Shown here: piece after piece, positions 27,250-34,596 of the stretch | Position numbering within the stretch: position 1 is the stretch's first letter | Layout: every line of letters begins with the position of its first letter | IMG/VR virus record: IMGVR_UViG_2657244943_000010 | Direction: 5' to 3' (one strand) | Source of the DNA: a virus | Lineage: Duplodnaviria; Heunggongvirae; Uroviricota; Caudoviricetes | DNA length: 34,596 nucleotides | Notes under the pieces: model-generated | The model's input: only the letters and a program-made list of their open reading frames with translations | Told to the model about the DNA's origin: nothing | Database searches by the model: none | Program-made: the position numbers and the translations under genes

Positions 27250-27251
27250 TA

Positions 27252-27803
27252 ATGTTGCATTTAAAAAATATTACTGCGGGCAATCCGAAAACCGCAGAAC
27301 AATATCAGATGACAAAACAATATGGTGTCACCTGGCTTTTTTCGGAAGACGACAAAAACTGGTATGAAGAACAGAAGAACTTTGCCAGCGACACAATAAA
27401 AATGGTTTACACCGGGGACGGGCGCGTGGTGTGGGTCGGTAAGGATATGACAGGCATTGAACCCCGTAATGCCAGTGTTATTGAAGTTCCGGATATTACC
27501 GCTAACCGCCGCATCACTGCACCGGGTTACTGGTTTTACCGCAATGATGAATTTGTCTTCGATTACAAATTAAAAGCAGAAGACGAGCGTGATGCCCTGT
27601 TAAAACAGTCCAGCATCATGACCTGCGAGTGGGAAAAAGACCTGCTGCTGGGATTAATCAGCGACGAAGACAGGGAAAAACTGAAAGCCTGCCGTATTTA
27701 TACAAAAAAGTTACGAGAGATGACATTCAGCCAGGTTACAGATAAAGCATCGTATGCCGCGATTGTATGGCCAGAATTACCGCAGAACATTAGCGAGAAT
27801 TAA
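27252..27803 (+). CDS. G: Tail fibre assembly chaperone (P2 gpG-like)
   Basis: 183 aa; N-terminus MLHLKNITAGNPKTAEQYQMTKQYGVTWLFSEDDKNWYEEQKNF is near-identical in pattern to P2 G as I recall it. Confidence 0.8.
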   Translation: MLHLKNITAGNPKTAEQYQMTKQYGVTWLFSEDDKNWYEEQKNFASDTIKMVYTGDGRVVWVGKDMTGIEPRNASVIEVPDITANRRITAPGYWFYRNDEFVFDYKLKAEDERDALLKQSSIMTCEWEKDLLLGLISDEDREKLKACRIYTKKLREMTFSQVTDKASYAAIVWPELPQNISEN

Positions 27804-27809
27804 GAAGTA

Positions 27810-29849
27810 ATGAGCGCACTGTTAACAAAAGCATTTGAAAAGTGGGTTGCTGAATGCACTGCCAGTAATTTACCTGCACGCCCTGACGCTATTATTTTTG
27901 CCCTGATGGAGCGGGAACCAACGCGCGAAGACAATACCGTTCCGGAAGACAGAATCACATACGCTGTGAATGAACTGACCTGTGGCCAGTTAAGCCAGGA
28001 CACTATTGTGTGCAGCGCCGTTGTTCCTGATGACTGTGTTTTCAGTTATGACTGGATTTGTCTCATCCATCAGGCCAGTGGAACGTTATGCGGCGTAATA
28101 AAAACTCCCGTCAGACAGAAAACGACAGGTGAGTCACTCGTCCGCAATTTTACAATCACCTACAGAGGCATTGCTCAGTCCGCGCAAATCAGCGTCCCTC
28201 CCCAGAGCTGGCAGGTGGATATCACTCCGGAGCTGAAAACAGCACTGAAAACTCCTAATCACCTGTCAGAAATTGCAGCAGAAGGCGAAGAGGCGCAACA
28301 GGAATCCCGCGATAATCTGGGACTGAAAGTTTCAGCCATAATGGAGCCACAGGGTGATATTCGAGACCGGACTGAAGGTTGTCTGGCGATACCGGGCGCA
28401 TTTGGTTTTGGTCATATTTTTATTCCGGGTGATGCTGTCAGGTTTAACAACGAGGCTGATTTGCTGGCATGGGTAAGATGTGTGGAACCCGGAGAATATT
28501 ATGTGGAGGGGGGAAGCGGAGTACTTCCCGGCATCGCCTTCCGGGGGATGATAAGTATCCGCTGGCTAGAAGCAGAACGCTCCACACCTCTGCCACCACA
28601 TACAGCAAAGGCCATTATTTTCTATGGCATTAACGGTGATATTTATTACAACCGTTACTGGAGTACAGGAAATGGATTGCTGACTGGCTGGGAAAACCTG
28701 AAAGTCAACGAGGCTTCACTCAGGGCGCTGATTGAAACCCGCGCGCCGCTGAACAGCCCGGCGTTCACCGGTACGCCAACCACACCAACCCCACCGGATG
28801 ATGCGGTCGGGCTGGAGATGGCGAACGCGGCGTTTGTCCGCAAACTGCTCGCTGCACTGGTTGGCTCATCTCCGGAAGCCCTTGACACACTGAATGAGCT
28901 GGCAGCGGCGCTGGGCAGTGACCCGAATTTTGCAACGACGGTCACTAACGCGCTTGCAGGCAAACAGCCACTTAGTGATGTTTTAACCGCCATCAGCAGG
29001 TTAAACGCTCAGGCAGATAATCTTCTGTACTTTGATTCGGACGGGAACGCATCGCTGACACGGTTGACGCCAGAAGCCCGTTCACTGCTGGCACAGGCCA
29101 CACCGGAAGATATGCGCAGAGTGCTTGAGCTGGAAAGGTCAGACACTGTGGTGCCACAGAATAATATTTATGACCGCAGCGAAGGCGTGGTGGCCATTCC
29201 GGGGACGCTGGGATATGGAGGATATTACCGACATGAAGACAAAGTCATTTTCAGGGGAGAAAACGGCCCTGCTGATTTTATTTCCTGGGTATCCACTACA
29301 CCACCGGGCCGGTATGCGGTAGGAGACGGTACTTCATATAGCGCGCCTCAGATTATTGACAAGGAAAATCGTCTGGAAGGGATTGTTGAAATTATTATTC
29401 CGGATACAGCCTCCTCGTCTTCGCAATCGCGTGCAGACAAGCTCATTATTTTCATGAGTAAGAAGGGAGAAATGTTTATCAACTGGCTGAAATGGACCAG
29501 TGCCGGAGCCGGTCTGGCTGGCTGGGGAAATCTCAGCGCGAAGGGATTACGCTCTGCTGACTTTTGGGGAAACCCGGGGATTGACGGAGTCACACTGGCA
29601 GCAATATCTGTCGCTGACCTTGCCTCACATAAGCGTGGGGACAGGATATCAGGCGAAAAGTTACGGCATGTATCGCTTATGTTTGAGAACAATGGTAACC
29701 CGTGCGCAGCGGCATCGGTTTACAACGTATCGATGATGTACGGGTTATTGCCGGGGTCCTATTTTATTCTGAATGGCTCCAGTCAGAGTCTGAACTGTGG
29801 GAATAAAGCCAATGCCTGGTGGATTTGCCTGGTGATGAGGGCAGAATAA
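27810..29849 (+). CDS. Tail fibre protein 2 (paralogous N-terminal domain, different distal part)
   Basis: 679 aa; N-terminus shares PARPD, Y(N/D)WI, SG(V/T)LC, TP..QK and WQ(I/V)DI blocks with fibre 1; distal region has collagen-like TGTPTTPTPP and NELAAALG motifs. Confidence 0.7.
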   Translation: MSALLTKAFEKWVAECTASNLPARPDAIIFALMEREPTREDNTVPEDRITYAVNELTCGQLSQDTIVCSAVVPDDCVFSYDWICLIHQASGTLCGVIKTPVRQKTTGESLVRNFTITYRGIAQSAQISVPPQSWQVDITPELKTALKTPNHLSEIAAEGEEAQQESRDNLGLKVSAIMEPQGDIRDRTEGCLAIPGAFGFGHIFIPGDAVRFNNEADLLAWVRCVEPGEYYVEGGSGVLPGIAFRGMISIRWLEAERSTPLPPHTAKAIIFYGINGDIYYNRYWSTGNGLLTGWENLKVNEASLRALIETRAPLNSPAFTGTPTTPTPPDDAVGLEMANAAFVRKLLAALVGSSPEALDTLNELAAALGSDPNFATTVTNALAGKQPLSDVLTAISRLNAQADNLLYFDSDGNASLTRLTPEARSLLAQATPEDMRRVLELERSDTVVPQNNIYDRSEGVVAIPGTLGYGGYYRHEDKVIFRGENGPADFISWVSTTPPGRYAVGDGTSYSAPQIIDKENRLEGIVEIIIPDTASSSSQSRADKLIIFMSKKGEMFINWLKWTSAGAGLAGWGNLSAKGLRSADFWGNPGIDGVTLAAISVADLASHKRGDRISGEKLRHVSLMFENNGNPCAAASVYNVSMMYGLLPGSYFILNGSSQSLNCGNKANAWWICLVMRAE

Positions 29850-30421
29850 TGAAAATAATCGACATAAAGGCGATGAAATACCTGGAAGACGGGTCTGTTT
29901 CCTGTGAAGTGTTGTTTGAAGGGCGGGCTGATTATATTCCTTATCGTGCAGTGGAAAATGATTCTGCTGCATCAGGCCAACGGGTATGGGGAACACTGAT
30001 GAGCGGTGAGTTTGGTGAAATCATCCCCTTCACTGTAACAGCAGAGATGCTGGACAAAGAAAAAGAACTGAAAAAAGAGGAAATCAGGCGCTGGCGAACA
30101 GAACAGGAGGCGCAGCCGTTCACATTCGAATGGAACAGCAGCACATGGAATGGAGGTAAATCCTCACTGGAACGCTTATTCCCGGCAGTGATGGCAGCAA
30201 AATCTGGTGTGGCACACAATGCCACAGTATGGAGTGATGCAAATAACCAACAAATTAAATTGTCACAACAAAAGCTGGAAGAACTACTTACGGCAATGGT
30301 GCAGGCTCAGGCTGCACGCAACGATGAGATTTACCTGCGCCAGCGTGAGATGAAAAACACGCTGGCCATACTGAATAACATTGCTGCAATTAGGGCATTT
30401 CAGGTGGGCAAAGCAGAATGA
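29849..30421 (+). CDS. Putative tail fibre assembly/accessory protein for fibre 2
   Basis: 190 aa from ATG 29849 (overlaps fibre-2 stop as TAATG); assignment by position. Confidence 0.4.
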   Translation: MKIIDIKAMKYLEDGSVSCEVLFEGRADYIPYRAVENDSAASGQRVWGTLMSGEFGEIIPFTVTAEMLDKEKELKKEEIRRWRTEQEAQPFTFEWNSSTWNGGKSSLERLFPAVMAAKSGVAHNATVWSDANNQQIKLSQQKLEELLTAMVQAQAARNDEIYLRQREMKNTLAILNNIAAIRAFQVGKAE

Positions 30422-31131
30422 AATGGAAAGAGGTAATTTTACGTCCGTCTGCCATAAACATTAAATGTTCTGTGGTTTGTCTTCATCCGTGGTCAGAAAA
30501 TACCGGAAACATCAAACCATCGGGGCGTTATCTCAGCCCCGAAAATGCTGTATCTGCACTTTTACCCTACCTGAAAGAAAGCACAGAAAAAGACATTGTG
30601 GCGCTGTTGTTTTGCGCTCCTTCTGCTGGCGAGTTTTTATCACTCGCCAGGCAATTTTCAGGCGCATTTCCATTGCCAGAGGTGGGGCGAATGTCCCGCA
30701 TGATTTCCAGTCAACTTTCACTGGCCATCAGCAGAATGCAAATCCCCGCCAGACCGGCAACATCACTTCCGGAACCGATAATGCTGTCGACACAGACCAC
30801 TCGCAGCATGTCGCTGGCAGCAACCATTGCACAGGCAGCCACTCCTGCCGCCACATCACCGGAAACATTGTCATCATCGCTGCATCAGTTCATGAATGCG
30901 AGAGATAAAGCCTTACAGGAAATCGCTGATCAGCAGGCCGCACTCCGGCAAAAAGTTTGCCCGGTGTGGCGCTTTTGCTACAAGGGAGCCCTTAGCCAGG
31001 CTGCAGTGCTGATACAAAAAAACATCCCACACCCCGAGTGGGTTTTTACAGCTGTGATGCTGTTCGTCGGCGATAATCTCTCATCACTAAGGGAAGCACT
31101 ACATGACCCAGATGATTGTCCTTGCGCTTGA
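30418..31131 (+). CDS. Hypothetical protein (237 aa)
   Basis: ATGA-coupled to the upstream gene; Ser/Ala/Leu/Pro-rich, three spaced Cys pairs; no family recognised. Confidence 0.55.
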   Translation: MKWKEVILRPSAINIKCSVVCLHPWSENTGNIKPSGRYLSPENAVSALLPYLKESTEKDIVALLFCAPSAGEFLSLARQFSGAFPLPEVGRMSRMISSQLSLAISRMQIPARPATSLPEPIMLSTQTTRSMSLAATIAQAATPAATSPETLSSSLHQFMNARDKALQEIADQQAALRQKVCPVWRFCYKGALSQAAVLIQKNIPHPEWVFTAVMLFVGDNLSSLREALHDPDDCPCA

Positions 31132-31678
31132 CGGGGAAGCCATTCTGCTGCGTAACATCACCGTCAGCGCCACCATGCAACTACCGGACAAAGATATGTC
31201 CGGACAGTCAACCAGCACCACGAGCGCCCAGCAGGGAAACAAGGCTAAAGAGCTGCGCGTGTCGGGGGTTATTGATTTTAACGATGAAGCTATTCTGACC
31301 CGTATTTTTCAGCTTGCGGAGGCAACAGAAAGCAACGGTGCTAAAAAAACATATCGCATTGCTAACGCTACCGCGAAGGCAATCAATATGCGACAGGGGG
31401 TGTTTTCTGGTGGCATTGATGCCACGGAACAACAGGGAAAAATGCACTGGCAGATCACCTTTACTCTCAGGGAAAAATTAAGCGTGCCAGAGAAAGCATC
31501 CGCACGCAGCGGTTCGCAGAAAACCATCGCCAGACAGCAGACCCAGAATGGCAGCGAACAGGTACCAGACAAAGGCATGAATACGCAAAGTTCGTTCTGG
31601 AAAAAAATCAATGATGCCGTTGGCTCTGGTCTGGATGCTGTTGGCATCGGGAGCGTGAAAGAGGAAGGGAAAACATGA
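31103..31678 (+). CDS. Hypothetical tail-associated protein (191 aa)
   Basis: AAGGGAAG RBS; overlaps the upstream gene by 29 nt and is ATGA-coupled to the hub/spike gene. Confidence 0.5.
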   Translation: MTQMIVLALDGEAILLRNITVSATMQLPDKDMSGQSTSTTSAQQGNKAKELRVSGVIDFNDEAILTRIFQLAEATESNGAKKTYRIANATAKAINMRQGVFSGGIDATEQQGKMHWQITFTLREKLSVPEKASARSGSQKTIARQQTQNGSEQVPDKGMNTQSSFWKKINDAVGSGLDAVGIGSVKEEGKT

Positions 31679-33372
31679 AATTGATACAACGCTGCATGAT
31701 TAATGGCGAACGGGTGGAAATTGCCGATATAAGCCTTGTTCTTACCCTGAATGCTGCCGGTCGTGGCTTCATTTCTGTTAACAATCTGTCACCCGAACAC
31801 AGCCTTGCCGGCGCAATGGTACAAATTGATCTCGGCCGTGACGGTGAAGCATGGCGCTATTTCTCCGGCTACATTGAGCGCGATCAACCTGCTGAAAATG
31901 GCTCACGTCGCCTTTTTATTCGTGAAGCGGCTGCTGTGCTGGATTTTGATTTCCCTTGCTCCATGCAACACCCGACGTTGCGGGGGGTACTCGATAATCT
32001 GGGGCGACAAAGCGGTATCGTTTTTATCACTCCGGATGCGGATTATGCCAGTATACCAACTCCCTACATCACCCACAGCGGCAGCGGAGCACAACTGCTC
32101 AGCCAACTGGGGCGAGCATTCAGTATCAGCGATTACGTCTGGCACCCTATGCCGGACGGTTCTGTATTTGTGGGAAGCGCAGCTGATTCACGATTTGCCA
32201 GTATTACAATGCCGGATATTCCGCAACAGTACACACTCGGGCAAAGCGGCGGAAACAGCATCGACATCATGTTTATGGAAACTGTGCGACCGGGCGTGAA
32301 CCTACCGGCCGGGCGCATTACCCGTGTAGCCCTCAACAACGAGAAAATGACCCTGACATGGGAGCGCCTTACCGCCACGGGTACCCCTGTTTCCAAATCA
32401 CCATTACGCAGACAAATGGAAACACAGTTCCCGGAACTGGCCAGCGGTACGCTACATACCCGGCTGGCGCGCGTCATTGCGCCAACGGAGCCCACCACCC
32501 TGGGCGACGTGGCCGACAGTTTCCGCCCACGCTACGCCGTCGATGTGCAGTTGCTTGATGAGAACGGCAACGATAAAAGCGACACGCCCGTTTACCCGGC
32601 AGTACCGCTCCCCGTCCCCATGGCTGGCAGTGAGGCGGGATGTTTTGCCTACCCACCAGCAGGCACCATCGTGGAAATATCCAACATTGAAGGACGTCCG
32701 GACAAACCCGTTATCAGGCAAATCTTACCCGCTGGCCATAACCTGCCTGATGTAAAGCCAGGCGAACAGCTGCAGCAACAGCGCGCAGAAGTGTTTCAGC
32801 GCGTCACGACTGACGGAAGCTGGCACAGAGAAACCGATCAGCAAATCAGGGAGCATTCAGCCAGACGAACCATTAACAGCGATCAGGAAGAACGCACAAC
32901 AACAACCAGAACAACAACAGTACAGGCAAACGACATAACCAGCGTTCTGGGAACCAGCAAGCTGATGACAGGCCAGACAGAACACATTACTACTGGTCAT
33001 TATGCGATCGCAGCCGGTGAGCATATCCAGATGGTAGCGCAGGATTTGCTGACTAAACTCAAAGGGGCGACATCCACGATTGAGCGCGACCTTACTGAAA
33101 ACGTGGGAGGCCGCAGAACATGCCGGGCGGACGGTGGTCTGGAGTTTACAGCCCCGACAGTATTTATTGGTCGCGGTGGCTCACGGGAAAAATCCGGACT
33201 TAATCTGCTGACGTTGTTGATTGATATTCTGGATCTGGTTCAGTTGCTGGCCACACACACTGCAAACCACACCCACAGCAACACCGGCGCACCAACAAAC
33301 AGCAGCGAACTTGCCGCAGACGCCAAACAGGCTACGAGCCTGCGCGAAAAATACGGTGACATTATCGCCTGA
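31675..33372 (+). CDS. Putative baseplate hub/spike protein (gpD-like N-terminus, spike-like C-terminus)
   Basis: 565 aa; last gene of the tail cluster, as D is in P2; C-terminal THTANHTHSNTG contains His-x-His motifs like those at phage spike tips. Confidence 0.5.
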   Translation: MKLIQRCMINGERVEIADISLVLTLNAAGRGFISVNNLSPEHSLAGAMVQIDLGRDGEAWRYFSGYIERDQPAENGSRRLFIREAAAVLDFDFPCSMQHPTLRGVLDNLGRQSGIVFITPDADYASIPTPYITHSGSGAQLLSQLGRAFSISDYVWHPMPDGSVFVGSAADSRFASITMPDIPQQYTLGQSGGNSIDIMFMETVRPGVNLPAGRITRVALNNEKMTLTWERLTATGTPVSKSPLRRQMETQFPELASGTLHTRLARVIAPTEPTTLGDVADSFRPRYAVDVQLLDENGNDKSDTPVYPAVPLPVPMAGSEAGCFAYPPAGTIVEISNIEGRPDKPVIRQILPAGHNLPDVKPGEQLQQQRAEVFQRVTTDGSWHRETDQQIREHSARRTINSDQEERTTTTRTTTVQANDITSVLGTSKLMTGQTEHITTGHYAIAAGEHIQMVAQDLLTKLKGATSTIERDLTENVGGRRTCRADGGLEFTAPTVFIGRGGSREKSGLNLLTLLIDILDLVQLLATHTANHTHSNTGAPTNSSELAADAKQATSLREKYGDIIA

Positions 33373-33407
33373 TCACCGGGCATACCCCCCATAAACGCCC
33401 ATCACGC

Positions 33408-33434
33408 AACGCACGGCTCCGGTCGTGCGTTTTC
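33408..33434 (+). terminator. Candidate intrinsic terminator after the tail operon
   Basis: AACGCACG (33408-33415) pairs with CGTGCGTT (33424-33431), followed by TTTT. Confidence 0.45.
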
Positions 33435-33503
33435 ATACCTGCCACCTGATTAATGCGTTCTGCGTGCCATTCTGGCGCTGTATGCGCACACCGCGTAAAC
33501 GGT

Positions 33504-33530
33504 GTGACGTAAAGCGTGAGGTGACGTAAA
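33504..33530. repeat. Direct repeats GTGACGTAAA x2 (plus a third CGTAAA nearby)
   Basis: GTGACGTAAA at 33504-33513 and 33521-33530; CGTAAA also at 33495-33500. Confidence 0.6.
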
Positions 33531-33636
33531 CCGCGCTACCCCCTCCAACCCGCGGGTTTCGTGTCGAAACAGTTTTTCAGTTTTCTGCCGTGCAAAAATG
33601 ACCGCCAGCCCGCGCAGCAACTGAGGGAAAAGCGAA

Positions 33637-33895
33637 GATCTGAAATTTCACGCTTTGAAATTTTTTGCAGTTTTCAAAGTGGTTTTTACGATCGCACAAA
33701 TGGCCGGAGCAATAAAACTGCATGATATTAAAAGAGTTTTCATACTTTACGCGAGACAAAAAAACGATCACGAAAGGATCGCATCAAACAACCATCAAAC
33801 AAAGAAGGCAGACACGGCGCGGCCTGCACAAAATTAAGCTCCAAAATAAAACTGAAAAAAGGATCGCAACAAGAAGAAAAGCGCGTAAAACGATC
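33637..33895. promoter_or_regulatory. AT-rich region with six GATC sites and five copies of an AAAA(C/G)GATC(G/A)C motif
   Basis: GATC at 33637, 33690, 33766, 33777, 33862, 33892; motif copies carry A-runs 5' of GATCGC/GATCAC. Confidence 0.45.
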
Positions 33896-33969
33896 GCTGC
33901 TGATGTGGCGTTTCTTTATACAAGCTGCTATTTGCGATATGCTGAACACATCAACCTGTGGAGTGCATT

Positions 33970-34596
33970 ATGAAACGAAAATCAAAGTCTGCTGCCATTG
34001 CTGCTATTACTACAGCTCTGACAGCATCACTGGCTCCGGTGCCAGCTAAAAGCACGATACTACCAACAACAGTTATTGAATCCGCGACACACGCTAGAGT
34101 GGTTTCAATGCTTACATTTGAGCATCATGATGGTCAGGTGTTTCTGCCTCTCGAAGAAGCTATTGAATATATCAACGGGCTGAATGACAACATGCGTGCC
34201 GCGCTCAATGCAGTCATTGAAGAACGACAGAACAGAGGCAAGGGAGCACTGTTTACTGACAAAACCGCAAAAATCATAAAAATATGCGAAGAGTCAATTA
34301 AGCAGCACACCCGTGTTAAAGAGGCTGTCAAAATTGTAATGGATCCGGATAACCTGGCAAAAATGTATCCGGATAGCCTGGAGCAAAGAATCGCCTATCG
34401 CAATAAACTGGTTCGTTTTGGTCGGGCAATTGCGCAGGGGGAGTTTATCGCTCGTGATGCCATCAACACCATCAAACGAAGCACCGCACCAGACAAAACA
34501 ACCAGCCTGGGCAATACGCTGTCTGACGGAAATGTGAAAGCAATGATTATTGCCGAGCATAAAAACATGGGACTCCCGGCACCGGAGTTTTCCTGA
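33970..34596 (+). CDS. Hypothetical protein (208 aa), possibly exported
   Basis: ATG 33970 with GGAG 6 nt upstream (track start 33958 is a GTG); basic N-terminus then Ala/Thr-rich segment; low-GC gene; stop TGA at window end. Confidence 0.5.
   Translation: MKRKSKSAAIAAITTALTASLAPVPAKSTILPTTVIESATHARVVSMLTFEHHDGQVFLPLEEAIEYINGLNDNMRAALNAVIEERQNRGKGALFTDKTAKIIKICEESIKQHTRVKEAVKIVMDPDNLAKMYPDSLEQRIAYRNKLVRFGRAIAQGEFIARDAINTIKRSTAPDKTTSLGNTLSDGNVKAMIIAEHKNMGLPAPEFS

Larger units (their letters stand above)
1..33434. mobile_element. P2-family (Peduovirus-like) prophage; left attachment site lies outside the window, right boundary uncertain
   Basis: Contiguous int-C-cox-A, Q/P leftward, O-N-M-L rightward, then tail and lysis genes; P2-like synteny and protein signatures throughout. 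Confidence 0.85.

Noticed and set aside
1-34596. CRISPR arrays, rRNA, tRNA, IS elements or transposases
   Set aside because: No regularly spaced short direct repeats with unique spacers, no rRNA-like or tRNA-like sequence recognised, and no transposase-like ORF with terminal inverted repeats.

Overview
Nearly the whole window is one P2-family temperate myovirus prophage, starting at the 3' end of its integrase gene (position 1) and running to at least ~33.4 kb. All calls rest on reading the six-frame translations and the DNA by eye and on recalled family signatures; no database search was run. Gene order: integrase, C-type repressor, cox, a string of small early ORFs, the rolling-circle replication endonuclease A, portal and large terminase (leftward), scaffold/capsid/small terminase/head completion (rightward), then a tail module with an embedded lysis cassette. 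The tail module carries a tail-chaperone -1 frameshift site, tape measure, baseplate genes, two tandem tail-fibre plus chaperone cassettes and a hub/spike protein. Accessory loci that the phage backbone does not explain are: (1) a small membrane protein plus SPFH/band-7 lipoprotein cassette, followed by a repeat-rich structured non-coding region, inside the early operon; (2) a ParM/ParR plasmid-partition cassette with two low-GC genes (one a truncated Rrf2-family regulator) between gene A and the portal; (3) an unassigned 237-aa protein in the tail module; (4) an AT-rich, GATC-dense repeat region and a 208-aa protein at the right edge. No rRNA, tRNA, CRISPR array or transposase was recognised. 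The cos site, attR and spanin genes were not located.
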